Below are positions 20,582 through 30,301 of a stretch of 64,000 nucleotides of DNA, one piece after another. Position 1 is the first letter of the stretch. Each line of letters starts with the position of its first letter. Source of the stretch: Candidatus Omnitrophota bacterium (GTDB taxonomy: Bacteria > Omnitrophota > Gorgyraeia > Zapsychrales > Fredricksoniimonadaceae); contig JBAXRK010000001.1 of NCBI GenBank assembly GCA_037131245.1, forward strand, positions 152,385 to 216,384. Direction: 5' to 3'. The notes beneath the pieces are model-generated. The model saw only the letters and a program-made list of their open reading frames with translations. It searched no databases and was not told where the DNA came from. The position numbers and the translations under genes are program-made.

Positions 20582-22585
20582 TTAATGTGCCGCAAAAAAC
20601 AATAACAAAACCCAATTAAGAACACCCATCAGCGTGAACGATGCCACATAGATCAGCGCGGTCATGCCCAGCGCCGCTTTCCAGCCCATTTCCCGGCCGG
20701 TCGCGACAACACTGACGACGCAGGGAAAGGTGATCGTCGTCACCACCACCGCCACGATCGTCTGCACATACGTGAGTGTCCCGGCTTCCACCATCTTGAG
20801 GATCAGCCCCGCGGAAGCCGCGCGGCTGGCAAGCGCCAGCAGGAACACATCAACGATATCTTTCGGCAAACCCATCCACCCTACGGTCAAAGGGGTCAGG
20901 GCTTTCTTGGCCATTGCTAAAAGACCTATCTTATCAAAAAAGAACAAACCTATGGCAGAAAAAAAGAAGATGGGCAAAGCTTCCTTCAAAAAGTCCTGGA
21001 TACGGTGATAGGTTTTTCGGCACACCGCCTTGAAACCCGGCAGCCGCAGCGGCGGGATCACCTGGATAAAAGAACTTTCGGCCTTGTCTTTAATGACAAC
21101 ATTGAGGATCATGCCCGCGATCATTTCAAAAAAGATCAGGATACCGAACACCAGCAAAAAGGCCCCGGCCCCCAGCTTGGCCAGAATGGCCATCGACATA
21201 CCGAGCTGCGATGAACAAGGGATCGCGAAAGCGATCAGAAAGATCGCGATGAACTTTTCTTTCGGGATCGTGATGCTGCGTGTGCTCATCGTGGCCATGG
21301 TCTTGCAACCAAAACCCAAAACCAGCGACGTGATGGCGTTCCCTGGAATGCCGATCTTCTCAAAAACGCGCTTTGAAAAGATCGTAAAATTCGTGATGTA
21401 ACCGCTGTCCTCAAAACAGCCAAAAACAAAAAAGAACACCGACAGGATCGGCAACACCGTGCACAAGGCATTGAATATCCCGAGGGTCAGGATACCGTGA
21501 TTGCCCAGCAGAAAATCATTCCAGAACGGCGGCAGCGCAAACGCCAGGATCATGTTGGTGATCGGCATGACCACCATAAAATTAATCGCGTGATCCAGGG
21601 CGCCCGACACATAGACCACCGCGTAATAGATCAGCACCAGCATGGCCGCGAAGATCGGAATGCCCAGCAACGGATCGCGGCTGGCCTGGGTAAGATGATA
21701 CGACAACCCTTGATATTCGATCTTCTGCTTGCGAACCACCACGTCCGAAATGCGGTCGACCCATTGATTGCGCTTATCATTAATGGCCTGGCGGGTATTG
21801 ACCTTGGCGTCACGGCAGATCTTGTCGATCTGGCCGAGGATCAGCGCGGCCTTTTCTTTGCCTATTTTCTTCTCCAGGAATTTACCGATGAACAGATCAT
21901 TAAGCAGGAACAACACCGCGATCTTATGCTTAAAAGCCAGGTCGAAGGGCAGCGCGGAGGTGATCTCATTAATGCGGCTTTCAATATGAAAACCATACTT
22001 GATACCCAGCGTGCTTTTGCGGGCCTTGGTGATAGCCGCCTTAACCTCTTCCTTACCCAAGCCGCGCATGGCCGCCGATTCTACGACAGGAATGCCCAGC
22101 AGGCGCTCAAGCTCGCCGGAATCCATCCACAGGCCCTTACGGCCGGTCTCGTCCATCGAATTAAGGACCAGGACCATCGGCGTCTCCAGCTCAAGGAGTT
22201 CCGCCGTCAGCAACAATGACTGCTTATAGTGGCTGGCGTCAATACACTGCACAATGACTTCCGGCGCTTCCGCCAGGATCATGTCACGCACGGCCACTTC
22301 TTCCTCGGAATGGATGTAAAGGCAATGCAGCCCGGGCGTATCAATGATCTCATAATGCTGATCCTTGATCCGGGTGATCGTGCGCTTCATTTCAATGGTG
22401 GTGCCGGGATAATTGGCGACGATATTGTATTCGCCGGTGAGGTTATTGAAGATCTGGGTCTTGCCGGTGTTTGGCAGGCCGACGATGGCGACCTTTTTGA
22501 CCGGGGTCATGTCCGACAACCCGACGGGATTCGACACCCCGCGGACAGGTTTCGGCTGATTTTCCGTATGACTCGACGACATCAT
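20582..22585 (-). CDS. feoB: Ferrous iron transporter FeoB
   Basis: G-domain VAIVGLPNTGKTQIFNNLTG, DTPG and NSMD motifs, followed by a polytopic membrane domain. 667 aa. Confidence 0.92.
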   Translation of the reverse strand: MMSSSHTENQPKPVRGVSNPVGLSDMTPVKKVAIVGLPNTGKTQIFNNLTGEYNIVANYPGTTIEMKRTITRIKDQHYEIIDTPGLHCLYIHSEEEVAVRDMILAEAPEVIVQCIDASHYKQSLLLTAELLELETPMVLVLNSMDETGRKGLWMDSGELERLLGIPVVESAAMRGLGKEEVKAAITKARKSTLGIKYGFHIESRINEITSALPFDLAFKHKIAVLFLLNDLFIGKFLEKKIGKEKAALILGQIDKICRDAKVNTRQAINDKRNQWVDRISDVVVRKQKIEYQGLSYHLTQASRDPLLGIPIFAAMLVLIYYAVVYVSGALDHAINFMVVMPITNMILAFALPPFWNDFLLGNHGILTLGIFNALCTVLPILSVFFFVFGCFEDSGYITNFTIFSKRVFEKIGIPGNAITSLVLGFGCKTMATMSTRSITIPKEKFIAIFLIAFAIPCSSQLGMSMAILAKLGAGAFLLVFGILIFFEMIAGMILNVVIKDKAESSFIQVIPPLRLPGFKAVCRKTYHRIQDFLKEALPIFFFSAIGLFFFDKIGLLAMAKKALTPLTVGWMGLPKDIVDVFLLALASRAASAGLILKMVEAGTLTYVQTIVAVVVTTITFPCVVSVVATGREMGWKAALGMTALIYVASFTLMGVLNWVLLLFFAAH

Positions 22586-23322
22586 TTTCCTAACAGCATT
22601 TTCGAAAGGAATGAACTATTCTTGGGTTTTTCAGGCGCAACGTCTTCGGTGTCTTCGTCCACAATGGTGCCGGCGGCGGCCATCGTTGTATTCTCAACGC
22701 TTTCAGCTTTCGGCTCAGCTTCGGCCGCGGGAGCCTCCGCAGCTGGCGCGGTAGCAATAACAGACTTTGAAAAGTATTTCCGCTTCGGGTCAATACCAAT
22801 GCCACGCAAATGGAAACAGACCGTGAAGGTCTTCCACTCAAAAACGCGCTCCAGCTCGGACTTGAGGACCGTTTCAATCTCAGCCAGCTCTTCATAGATC
22901 GACGTCACACCATCGAGGGCGGCCGAGATCTCGATCTCGACATCCTTACCTTTTCCCTTATGCTCGAAAGCCACATTCACGTCCGACGCACAGGGGTTCT
23001 GGCTGAGGATCTGCAAAATAAACTCGCGCACCGCCCGTTCGGGGATGCTCAGCGGCTTGCCGTCTTTTTCCACCTCGATCACGTGCGGCACCGGACGAGT
23101 CCGGGACGAAATGACCAGCAGGATAAAGCCCAGCAAAACGAAAAATCCACCCACCCAGAAAACCGCGGTCAGCGCTTTGGGCGCAGCCATGAGCTGGCCA
23201 TAGATCGTCATCAGCTTCTCTGATGACAGAGTGCCCAGACCGACCGCCAGAAGCACGATGCCCTGGAGAAAACAGAACGCGGCGGCAATAACCATAAAAA
23301 TTTTAGCTAGCAGAGACTTCAT
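22582..23322 (-). CDS. Membrane protein with Asp23/AmaP-like core (tentative) and Ala/Glu/Pro-rich tail
   Basis: Two N-terminal TM helices, then a region resembling alkaline-shock-protein folds (ERAVREFILQIL...VNVAFEHKGKGKDVEIEISAAL). 4-nt overlap with feoB. Confidence 0.45.
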   Translation of the reverse strand: MKSLLAKIFMVIAAAFCFLQGIVLLAVGLGTLSSEKLMTIYGQLMAAPKALTAVFWVGGFFVLLGFILLVISSRTRPVPHVIEVEKDGKPLSIPERAVREFILQILSQNPCASDVNVAFEHKGKGKDVEIEISAALDGVTSIYEELAEIETVLKSELERVFEWKTFTVCFHLRGIGIDPKRKYFSKSVIATAPAAEAPAAEAEPKAESVENTTMAAAGTIVDEDTEDVAPEKPKNSSFLSKMLLGK

Positions 23323-23334
23323 TCAATGTCCTTT

Positions 23335-23676
23335 TTAGAGATTAAACAACAATTCGCGACACGATGGAGGGGTTTTAAGCTTCCCCGTCTTCTCGATCCT
23401 CGCCACCACCGCCCGGGCCATACCCTTGATGTCTTCTTTAGACTTCACGGCATGATCGGGGTCAACTTTTACCTTGGCCACCAAGGCCATGATCTTCATC
23501 ATTTCGGGAAACGTGACCGCTTCACAGATAAGATGAATATCGTTCGTTAAAAGCGCCTCAACATCAAGACCCTTAAGCTCTTTTGCCAAAGGAGACTTTT
23601 TGTCGATCTGCTTCAAACCTGAACGCGCGGCAACCGTTAAAAACCCTTCCAACTGATGCTTCAAAGACGCTATCAT
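23335..23676 (-). CDS. Hypothetical protein (113 aa)
   Basis: ORF only; no motif recognised. Confidence 0.45.
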   Translation of the reverse strand: MIASLKHQLEGFLTVAARSGLKQIDKKSPLAKELKGLDVEALLTNDIHLICEAVTFPEMMKIMALVAKVKVDPDHAVKSKEDIKGMARAVVARIEKTGKLKTPPSCRELLFNL

Positions 23677-23693
23677 GCCCCAATTACCGGAGT

Positions 23694-23721
23694 ATTATAT
23701 TAATATAATAAGATAAATCAA
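23694..23721 (-). promoter_or_regulatory. Candidate sigma70-type internal promoter (TTGATT-16 nt-TATAAT) ahead of the 113-aa gene and feoB module
   Basis: Minus strand reads TTGATTtatcttattatattaaTATAAT in the AT-rich 45-nt gap after the porin stop. Confidence 0.4.
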
Positions 23722-25092
23722 TTAAAACTTTAGTATCAACGAAGATTCCACTCTGTTATCACTGGACTGAACGCCATCCGCCCAACGGGTTGAAAACCGC
23801 TGGTATTCAAGGCCCACCAGCAAGTCCTTGCTCAAATTGTACTTCAAGTTCGTGTAATAGGTCTTGTTATAGTCCCAAACCACCGTGGTCGCTCCGCGGT
23901 CAACGGCGGTCATGTCCTCATTAGCATCATCAATACCATAACCAAAGTTAACCTCGGTCTTTTTGATAGGATTAAGGGTCAATTCCAGGAAACCGCCCTT
24001 GACCGGTAAAGGTTTGGAAGCAGATGTTAAGGTCGCATTGCCCGTGGTCTGGGCCGGACCGCCCTGGAACTTGTTAAGGCCGGCGCCCGCAAAACCTTCA
24101 CCCTTGAGGCTCAGCCAATCGGTAAAAGCCAGGGTCAAACCGGTCGTTACCGCGTAGATCGGATCATGCGACACGCCATTCGTCGGCAAATTCAACTTGC
24201 CGTACATCCCGCCAAGGCCCAGGGTCGACTTCACGCCCAAAACAGTCTTCTCGTAACCGGCATAAGCCGCCGCGACGGGCATTCCTGAATCCTGGATCAA
24301 CGGATCATCGGAATCGATCGCGCCGATCTTGGTGGTCAATTTACCGCCAAGGACATTGCCCCACTTATTGATCAAACTGACCTGCGGATGGCGCGTGCCA
24401 AGGTTACCGGCACGATAGAGAACACCGGGATTAAGCAGATTGTCGTTCATGGGCGCGAAAATATCCCAATTCTGACCGGCATTGACCGCCCATTTGTCAA
24501 AATCGATCTGGGCAAAAGCCAAACGCAAGCGGGGATTATACGTACCAACCGTCCCGGATGAAGACGTGCCGGCAAAATCAAACTCGATCTGACCGGTGAG
24601 TTTCGCGCCGTTATCAAGGTCGGGCGCTTTGATCTTGAAACCCAAACGGGTATCCTGGGCGCTCAAATGAGCTTCCGGATCATCGCCGCCGGTCGCGCTA
24701 TTGGGGCGCAGCGCATTGTACTGGGTAATGCCGGTCGTGGTATTGCCGGCATCACGGCTGGTCAAAACAGCATCAGCCTTAATAAATCCATAGAGGGAAA
24801 TATCCATGCCGGTCTTAAGGAAATTACCGGACGGCGCGGGAGAAGCCACGGGCACAGAAGAAACAACGGTCATGGTCTTGGTTTTGACCTCGGCCACATC
24901 AGCGGCCTGGACGGCCTGGGCGCCTTTGAGCGCACCGACCTCGGCCTTCAGGGAAGCGTTCTCGGCTTCGAGTGCCTCGACGCGCTTGGCCAGGTCCTCA
25001 AGCGTTACCGCGGCCCGCGCGGGCAGCGCCGCCGCGAACGTGAACACAACGGACATGACAAACGCTAAAAAACACTTGCCTGTTTTTCCCAT
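23722..25092 (-). CDS. Outer-membrane porin with N-terminal coiled-coil
   Basis: Signal peptide ...FTFAAALPARA/AV. Coiled coil LEDLAKRVEALEAENASLKAEVGALKG. Long alternating beta-strand pattern rich in G/Y/N. Terminal ...SSLILKF aromatic residue. Confidence 0.75.
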   Translation of the reverse strand: MGKTGKCFLAFVMSVVFTFAAALPARAAVTLEDLAKRVEALEAENASLKAEVGALKGAQAVQAADVAEVKTKTMTVVSSVPVASPAPSGNFLKTGMDISLYGFIKADAVLTSRDAGNTTTGITQYNALRPNSATGGDDPEAHLSAQDTRLGFKIKAPDLDNGAKLTGQIEFDFAGTSSSGTVGTYNPRLRLAFAQIDFDKWAVNAGQNWDIFAPMNDNLLNPGVLYRAGNLGTRHPQVSLINKWGNVLGGKLTTKIGAIDSDDPLIQDSGMPVAAAYAGYEKTVLGVKSTLGLGGMYGKLNLPTNGVSHDPIYAVTTGLTLAFTDWLSLKGEGFAGAGLNKFQGGPAQTTGNATLTSASKPLPVKGGFLELTLNPIKKTEVNFGYGIDDANEDMTAVDRGATTVVWDYNKTYYTNLKYNLSKDLLVGLEYQRFSTRWADGVQSSDNRVESSLILKF

Positions 25093-25168
25093 ATAAATCT
25101 CCCTTGTTTGTGGCTAAAGATAAAGGAGATTATATAGGAAAAAATTGCCCTGCCACGCGCTTATTTAC

Positions 25169-25360
25169 TTATTTGATCCCCAGCTTCTGCAGGATGAGCA
25201 TCATCGGGCACCAGTTGGTGAATGCCGACTGCAGCAAGTTCGCGCCAATAAAGGCCGTGAACCACAGCCACAACGGGCTGACGAAATGAGCCAGCAGCAA
25301 ACTGATGAGTAAAAAAGTACCCGCAATACCCCGTAAGACTCGTTCCATAATATCCCCCAT
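25169..25360 (-). CDS. DUF2892 (YgaP-like) small membrane protein
   Basis: 63 aa, two hydrophobic helices, and ...ANLLQSAFTNWCPMM... typical of that family. Confidence 0.6.
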   Translation of the reverse strand: MGDIMERVLRGIAGTFLLISLLLAHFVSPLWLWFTAFIGANLLQSAFTNWCPMMLILQKLGIK

Positions 25361-28300
25361 TACTTTTGTTTCATCATCATGTAATAAATGACCGGAATGG
25401 CCGTGCGCGACAGAAGCGTGGACGCCACTTCCCCCGCGATCAAAGCCAGCGCGAGCCCCTGAAATATCGGATCGAATAAAATGACCGACGCCCCCACCAC
25501 CACCGCGGCCGCGGTCAGCAGCATCGGGCGGAAACGCTTGGCCCCGGCATCGACCACCGCCTCTTCCAGCGGCATGCCTTCCCGCCGGCGTAACTCGATA
25601 AAGTCCACCAGGATGATCGCGTTACGCACCACGATACCGGCGCCCGCGATCATGCCGATCATGGACGTCGCGGTAAAGAACGTGCCGGTCATCCAATGCG
25701 CCGGCAGAATACCGATCAAAGTGAGCGGAATGGGGAACATGATGACCAGCGGCTTTGAGAACGACTGGAACCAGCCGACCACCAACGCGTAGATCAAAAG
25801 AAGGACGATCCCGAACGCAATGCCTAAGTCACGGAACACTTCAAAGGTCACTTGCCACTCGCCGTCCCATTTTACCGACCATGTGTCACCGCTATCGGGC
25901 ATGGATGTAAAAAGTTGGTCGACTTTTTTATCCGCGACGAAAGGCGCGCCTGACGGCGGCGTTAGCGCGTCGATTTTCGGCTGAAGGCTCATGATCGCGT
26001 ACACCGGACTTTCCAAAGAGCCCTGAACATCGCCGGTCACATAGGTGACCCGCATCAGGTTCTTATGGTAAATGACCGGATCTTTGAACCCCTCTTCGAT
26101 CGTCACCAGATCGCGCAAAGCAATGCGATTGCCATCACGTGACAGGACCGTCAGCTCCAAAACGTTATCCAGCGACCGGCGCTTTTCCTGAGGCAGGCGC
26201 AGCACGATCTCGACCGGCTCATTTTGGCCGTCCAGATGCGCCAGGTCGGCGGCATTACCTTTTAAACTTTCCGTGATCAGGGCCGCCACCTTGCTCGTGG
26301 CGATCCCATTAAGGAAAGCCTTCTGCGTTTCGATCCGCAACCGGTAAAGCTTTTCAGGTTTGGCCACGAATGTGTCAACATCGGTCACATTCTTATCTGT
26401 ATTAAATAAATTTTCGATATCAGCGGCCAATTTGCGGCGGCCTTCCTCATCGGGACCATAGACCTCGGTCACGAGCGTGGCAAGGACCGGCGGGCCCGGC
26501 GGCACTTCGGCCACCTGCACATGCGCTTTATATTTCGCGGCGATCTCATGGATCTTCGGGCGCACCGACACCGCGATCGCGTGGCTCTGGCGCTTGCGTT
26601 CATCCTTTGACGCCAGATTCACCTGCAAGTCGGCCTGCCAGGGACTTGAGCGCAGGAAATAATGCCGCACCAAGCCGTTGAAATTATACGGCGCATTGAT
26701 CCCCGTGTACGCCTCGATATCACGGACTTCCGGGACGGTCGTCAGATAATCGGCCATTTCACCGATGGCCTGCGCCGTCACCTTGACCGGCGTGCCTTCG
26801 GGCATATTTAAAATAACCTGAAATTCATTCTTGTTATCAAAGGGCAGCATCTTGACTTTCACCGCTTTGAGCGGCACCAGCAGGATCGAGAAAAGCAAGA
26901 GAACGCCCATGCCGACCAGAAAGATCAAGCGGACCTTCGGCTTTTCGATCAGCGGCTTCATATAAGAACGATACAAACGGGTCAACCAGTCCTCGCGCTC
27001 GCCTTCCTCGTGAACTTTAAGCAGGCCCTTCTGGTGAGCACCACCCAAGATCTTGCACGCCGCCCAGGGGGTGGCCACGAAAGCCACCATCATTGAAATA
27101 AGCATTGCCATGCTCGAACCGATCGGGATCGGAAGCATATAAGGGCCCATGAGCCCGCCGACGAAGGCCATCGGCAGGATCGCCGCGATAACAGTCAGCG
27201 TCGCCAGGATCAGCGGCCCCTGCACTTCATTGACCGCGTCGATCGCGACCGCCAGAATGTCCCGCCCGCGATTCTTCGCCATCCGTAGGTGCCGGACGAT
27301 ATTCTCCACATCGACGATCGGATCATCGACCAGGATCCCGATGGAAAAGATCAAAGCAAAAAGCGTGATGCGATTAAGCGTAAAACCCAGGAAATAAAAG
27401 CCCGCCAGCGTGAGTGCCAGCGTCATCGGAATAGCGACCGCCACCACGCCCGCTTCGCGCCAGCCAAGCACCACCGCGATCAGGACACTCACGCCCATGA
27501 CCGCCAGCGCCATATGGAACAAAAGCTCGTTCGATTTTTCTTCCGCCGTGCGGCCGTAATCACGGGTGACCGTATAATCCACACCCGCCGGGATCACGCC
27601 GCCCCGTAAACCGTCGACCTTCTTTAATATCTTCTGGCATAACTGCGCCGCATTGGTCCCTTTGCGCTTGGAAACAGAAAGCGTCGCCGCCGCGAAGGGG
27701 CCCTTATCTGTTACGGTCGACTGCGCGCCAAAACGGATGTTCACGTTCTGGTCGTTTTCATCGGGCCCGTCAACCACCGTCGCCACATCTTTTAGCAGAA
27801 CCTCCGCGCCCTGGCTGATACTGACCACCATATTCTCCAGGTCGGCCTTTGAACGGAAGAACGCATCGGCCTCGACAATGATCGCCCCCCCTTCGGCATC
27901 AACGTTGGCTGATCCACTCTTAACATTCGTCTGCTGGATCAAGGCCGCGATCCCGGAAGGATCAAGCAGGCGCTCTTTTAATTTCGCCTCGTCAAACGCG
28001 ACCCGGAACTGCCGCTGACGGCCGCCGGTCACTTGCGTTTGGGAGACATCGGGGATGACCGACACCTCATTCTGAACATCGGTCACGGTATGACGCAGCG
28101 CGACTTCATCGAGTGTTTTTGAATGGAACGTGAGCGTCAGGACCGGCACATCATCGATCGACCGCACTTTAATGAGTGGCTGGGACCCGCCCGGCGCCAG
28201 GGCGTCCAAATTCGCGCTAACCTTGCTATAAAGCTTGATGAGGCTTTTCTCGATATCCTCGCCCACCTTAAAACGCACCGAGATGATCGCGCCACCGGAA

Positions 28301-28578
28301 TGGATCATCGAATAAACGTACTCAACGCCCTTGATCTCCCAGAGCCGGCGTTCGCCGACATTCACGATGCGTTTTTCAACTTCTTCCGTGCTGGCCCCGG
28401 GATAAGAAACAAAGATATCGAACATCGGCACGCTGATCTGCGGTTCTTCCTCGCGCGGCAGATTCACTACCGCCAGCCAGCCGACAAAAACCGAGAACAG
28501 AATGATAAGCGGCGTCACCTTGGAACGGGCAAACATCCCAACAACTTTGGCAATGAAACTTTCCTGGGGGTTATTCAT
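25360..28578 (-). CDS. RND efflux transporter permease (AcrB/AcrD/AcrF family)
   Basis: 1072 aa with the 12-TM / two-large-loop layout. The N-terminal TM followed by LPREEEPQISVP... is typical of the family. Confidence 0.9.
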   Translation of the reverse strand: MNNPQESFIAKVVGMFARSKVTPLIILFSVFVGWLAVVNLPREEEPQISVPMFDIFVSYPGASTEEVEKRIVNVGERRLWEIKGVEYVYSMIHSGGAIISVRFKVGEDIEKSLIKLYSKVSANLDALAPGGSQPLIKVRSIDDVPVLTLTFHSKTLDEVALRHTVTDVQNEVSVIPDVSQTQVTGGRQRQFRVAFDEAKLKERLLDPSGIAALIQQTNVKSGSANVDAEGGAIIVEADAFFRSKADLENMVVSISQGAEVLLKDVATVVDGPDENDQNVNIRFGAQSTVTDKGPFAAATLSVSKRKGTNAAQLCQKILKKVDGLRGGVIPAGVDYTVTRDYGRTAEEKSNELLFHMALAVMGVSVLIAVVLGWREAGVVAVAIPMTLALTLAGFYFLGFTLNRITLFALIFSIGILVDDPIVDVENIVRHLRMAKNRGRDILAVAIDAVNEVQGPLILATLTVIAAILPMAFVGGLMGPYMLPIPIGSSMAMLISMMVAFVATPWAACKILGGAHQKGLLKVHEEGEREDWLTRLYRSYMKPLIEKPKVRLIFLVGMGVLLLFSILLVPLKAVKVKMLPFDNKNEFQVILNMPEGTPVKVTAQAIGEMADYLTTVPEVRDIEAYTGINAPYNFNGLVRHYFLRSSPWQADLQVNLASKDERKRQSHAIAVSVRPKIHEIAAKYKAHVQVAEVPPGPPVLATLVTEVYGPDEEGRRKLAADIENLFNTDKNVTDVDTFVAKPEKLYRLRIETQKAFLNGIATSKVAALITESLKGNAADLAHLDGQNEPVEIVLRLPQEKRRSLDNVLELTVLSRDGNRIALRDLVTIEEGFKDPVIYHKNLMRVTYVTGDVQGSLESPVYAIMSLQPKIDALTPPSGAPFVADKKVDQLFTSMPDSGDTWSVKWDGEWQVTFEVFRDLGIAFGIVLLLIYALVVGWFQSFSKPLVIMFPIPLTLIGILPAHWMTGTFFTATSMIGMIAGAGIVVRNAIILVDFIELRRREGMPLEEAVVDAGAKRFRPMLLTAAAVVVGASVILFDPIFQGLALALIAGEVASTLLSRTAIPVIYYMMMKQK

Positions 28579-29947
28579 GAGCCGCTCCCGTTAATCTGGC
28601 CGTTAAGGCCTTCATGCCCGCTTCATCCATTTTACCACCCAGGAAATACAAGCGGGCTTCGCAGGCATATAGCGCGGCCTTCAGTTCCTCAACAGCATTC
28701 AGCGTGTTAAAACGGGCCTCACGCGCGTCTTCCAGGTCCATGACCGATCGACGGCCTTCATTATAAAGAGGCAGCAAGAGTTCAACGGCTTTAGCGGCAT
28801 CCTCAGCCATTGCCCGGACGACGGGATAATTCGCCCGCAAAGCGTCGAACCGGGCGCTTTCCCGGCTGATATCAACCGCTGTCGCATCCTTGAGCGCGGC
28901 GGCCTCGTTTTGGGCGCGGCTTAAAAGAGCAACGGCTTCTTTCTGCCGGCCGGCGCGCGTCCGGTCAAAGAGCGGCAGTTCCGCGACGATCCCACCCGAC
29001 GCATTATTGCCCCCGTGGCCAAAAAGATCGTGACGGTTATTCGTGCCATCCGCGGTCAGGGTAATGGTGGGCAAAGCGCTGTCTTTCGCGCGCTTAACCT
29101 CTTCCTGGCCGGCATTGATCCGGGCACCGGCCGCCACAAAGTCAGGGCGCGACGCCACGGCTTTTTCCAACAAAGCAACAGCGTCAGTATCTGCGAAATC
29201 CGCGTCCGGCAGCGCCGCGGGAAGCGCGATCTCATTCTTGATCGGCTCACCCATCATGATATTAAGCAGCATCCGCATCGCTTTCACCTGTCGGAGCATA
29301 TCATTCTTTGCCTGACTGAAACGTCCGTACCGCACACGGGCGGCATAATAATCCGCTCCGAGCACAAGGCCCTTATCTTTTAGCGTCTCAGCTTTCTTAA
29401 GATCAGCCTGCGCGGCTTTTTCGGCTTCTTCGGCGGCCACAAGCAGGCGGTCCATCGCCAGCGCGCTGGTAAAAGCATCGTGCGCCATCAGGAACGTTTC
29501 CATCTTCACAAAAGCTTCATCGGCCTGCGCGGCCTTGACCTGTTCGCGGGCAACGCGAGCGCGGCGGACGGTCTGCATCGCGTCGAACAATGGCCAACGC
29601 AAATGAACACCGCCCTGAAGGTCGCGCTGATGCCGCGGCGTATTCAAGCGGTTAAGATCAAAGTCAGCGGATGTAAATCGTTCCTGGCGCAGCAGCATGC
29701 CGAACACATTGACCGGGTCATCGCTTTCGGTATAACCGGCCGATATCGACACGCCCGGCCAGAAACCGGCGGAGGCCTGCATTTCGCGGGCCCAGCTTAA
29801 CTCCACATCAGCTCCAGCGGACTTTAATTTAGGATAATGATCGAGAACCTTGACGTAAAATTGATCAAAGGAAAGTGGCGCGGCAAGAGCAGGTAAAGAC
29901 AGCGCCGCGCAAAAAATGAACGTTATAACGATCGCGCTCCATCTCAT
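28571..29947 (-). CDS. TolC-like outer membrane efflux factor
   Basis: I place the start at the internal ATG 29947..29945 (MRWSAIVITFIFCAALSLPALAAP signal peptide). That ATG overlaps the upstream TGA (ATGA). Two-fold repeated helical/beta layout. 8-nt overlap with the RND gene. Confidence 0.8.
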   Translation of the reverse strand: MRWSAIVITFIFCAALSLPALAAPLSFDQFYVKVLDHYPKLKSAGADVELSWAREMQASAGFWPGVSISAGYTESDDPVNVFGMLLRQERFTSADFDLNRLNTPRHQRDLQGGVHLRWPLFDAMQTVRRARVAREQVKAAQADEAFVKMETFLMAHDAFTSALAMDRLLVAAEEAEKAAQADLKKAETLKDKGLVLGADYYAARVRYGRFSQAKNDMLRQVKAMRMLLNIMMGEPIKNEIALPAALPDADFADTDAVALLEKAVASRPDFVAAGARINAGQEEVKRAKDSALPTITLTADGTNNRHDLFGHGGNNASGGIVAELPLFDRTRAGRQKEAVALLSRAQNEAAALKDATAVDISRESARFDALRANYPVVRAMAEDAAKAVELLLPLYNEGRRSVMDLEDAREARFNTLNAVEELKAALYACEARLYFLGGKMDEAGMKALTARLTGAAHE

Positions 29948-30300
29948 TGTTCGAGCCCCTTCTCCACAGCTATTGCGACCGTTTCCACGCAACCCACGCA
30001 TGACAATTTCTTGGCGGCGCGGATCTCTTTGCATTTGGTCGACCCGGCAACAGACAGCAGCGAATTCTCACATGCCCGCACCTGCTCGGGATGATCTTTT
30101 TCAAGAAGGACCCTGGCGGCGTACAAAGCGCCGCACTCTCCATCGGGAGCCCGCCCTCCGCCACAAGTCGCGCACTTTTCGACCACGTCCTGCGAGAGGG
30201 CGAACTGGTCCTCAAACGCGCGAACAACCGCCTGGGCACAGTTCAGCTTTTGATACCCCGGCTTACCGATGTAATGCGCTTTGGCTTTCTCGACAGACAT
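29944..30300 (-). CDS. C_GCAxxG_C_C family putative redox protein
   Basis: 118 aa. LNCAQAV..., CATCGGG...ECGALYAA..., KCKEI..., SCVGCVE cysteine pattern of that family. Confidence 0.65.
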   Translation of the reverse strand: MSVEKAKAHYIGKPGYQKLNCAQAVVRAFEDQFALSQDVVEKCATCGGGRAPDGECGALYAARVLLEKDHPEQVRACENSLLSVAGSTKCKEIRAAKKLSCVGCVETVAIAVEKGLEQ

Positions 30301-30301
30301 T

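Noticed and set aside
25095-25135. Possible RBS-sequestering hairpin upstream of the porin gene (AATCTCC ... GGAGATT)
   Set aside because: The stem is only 7 bp with a ~23-nt loop, too weak to call without folding energies.
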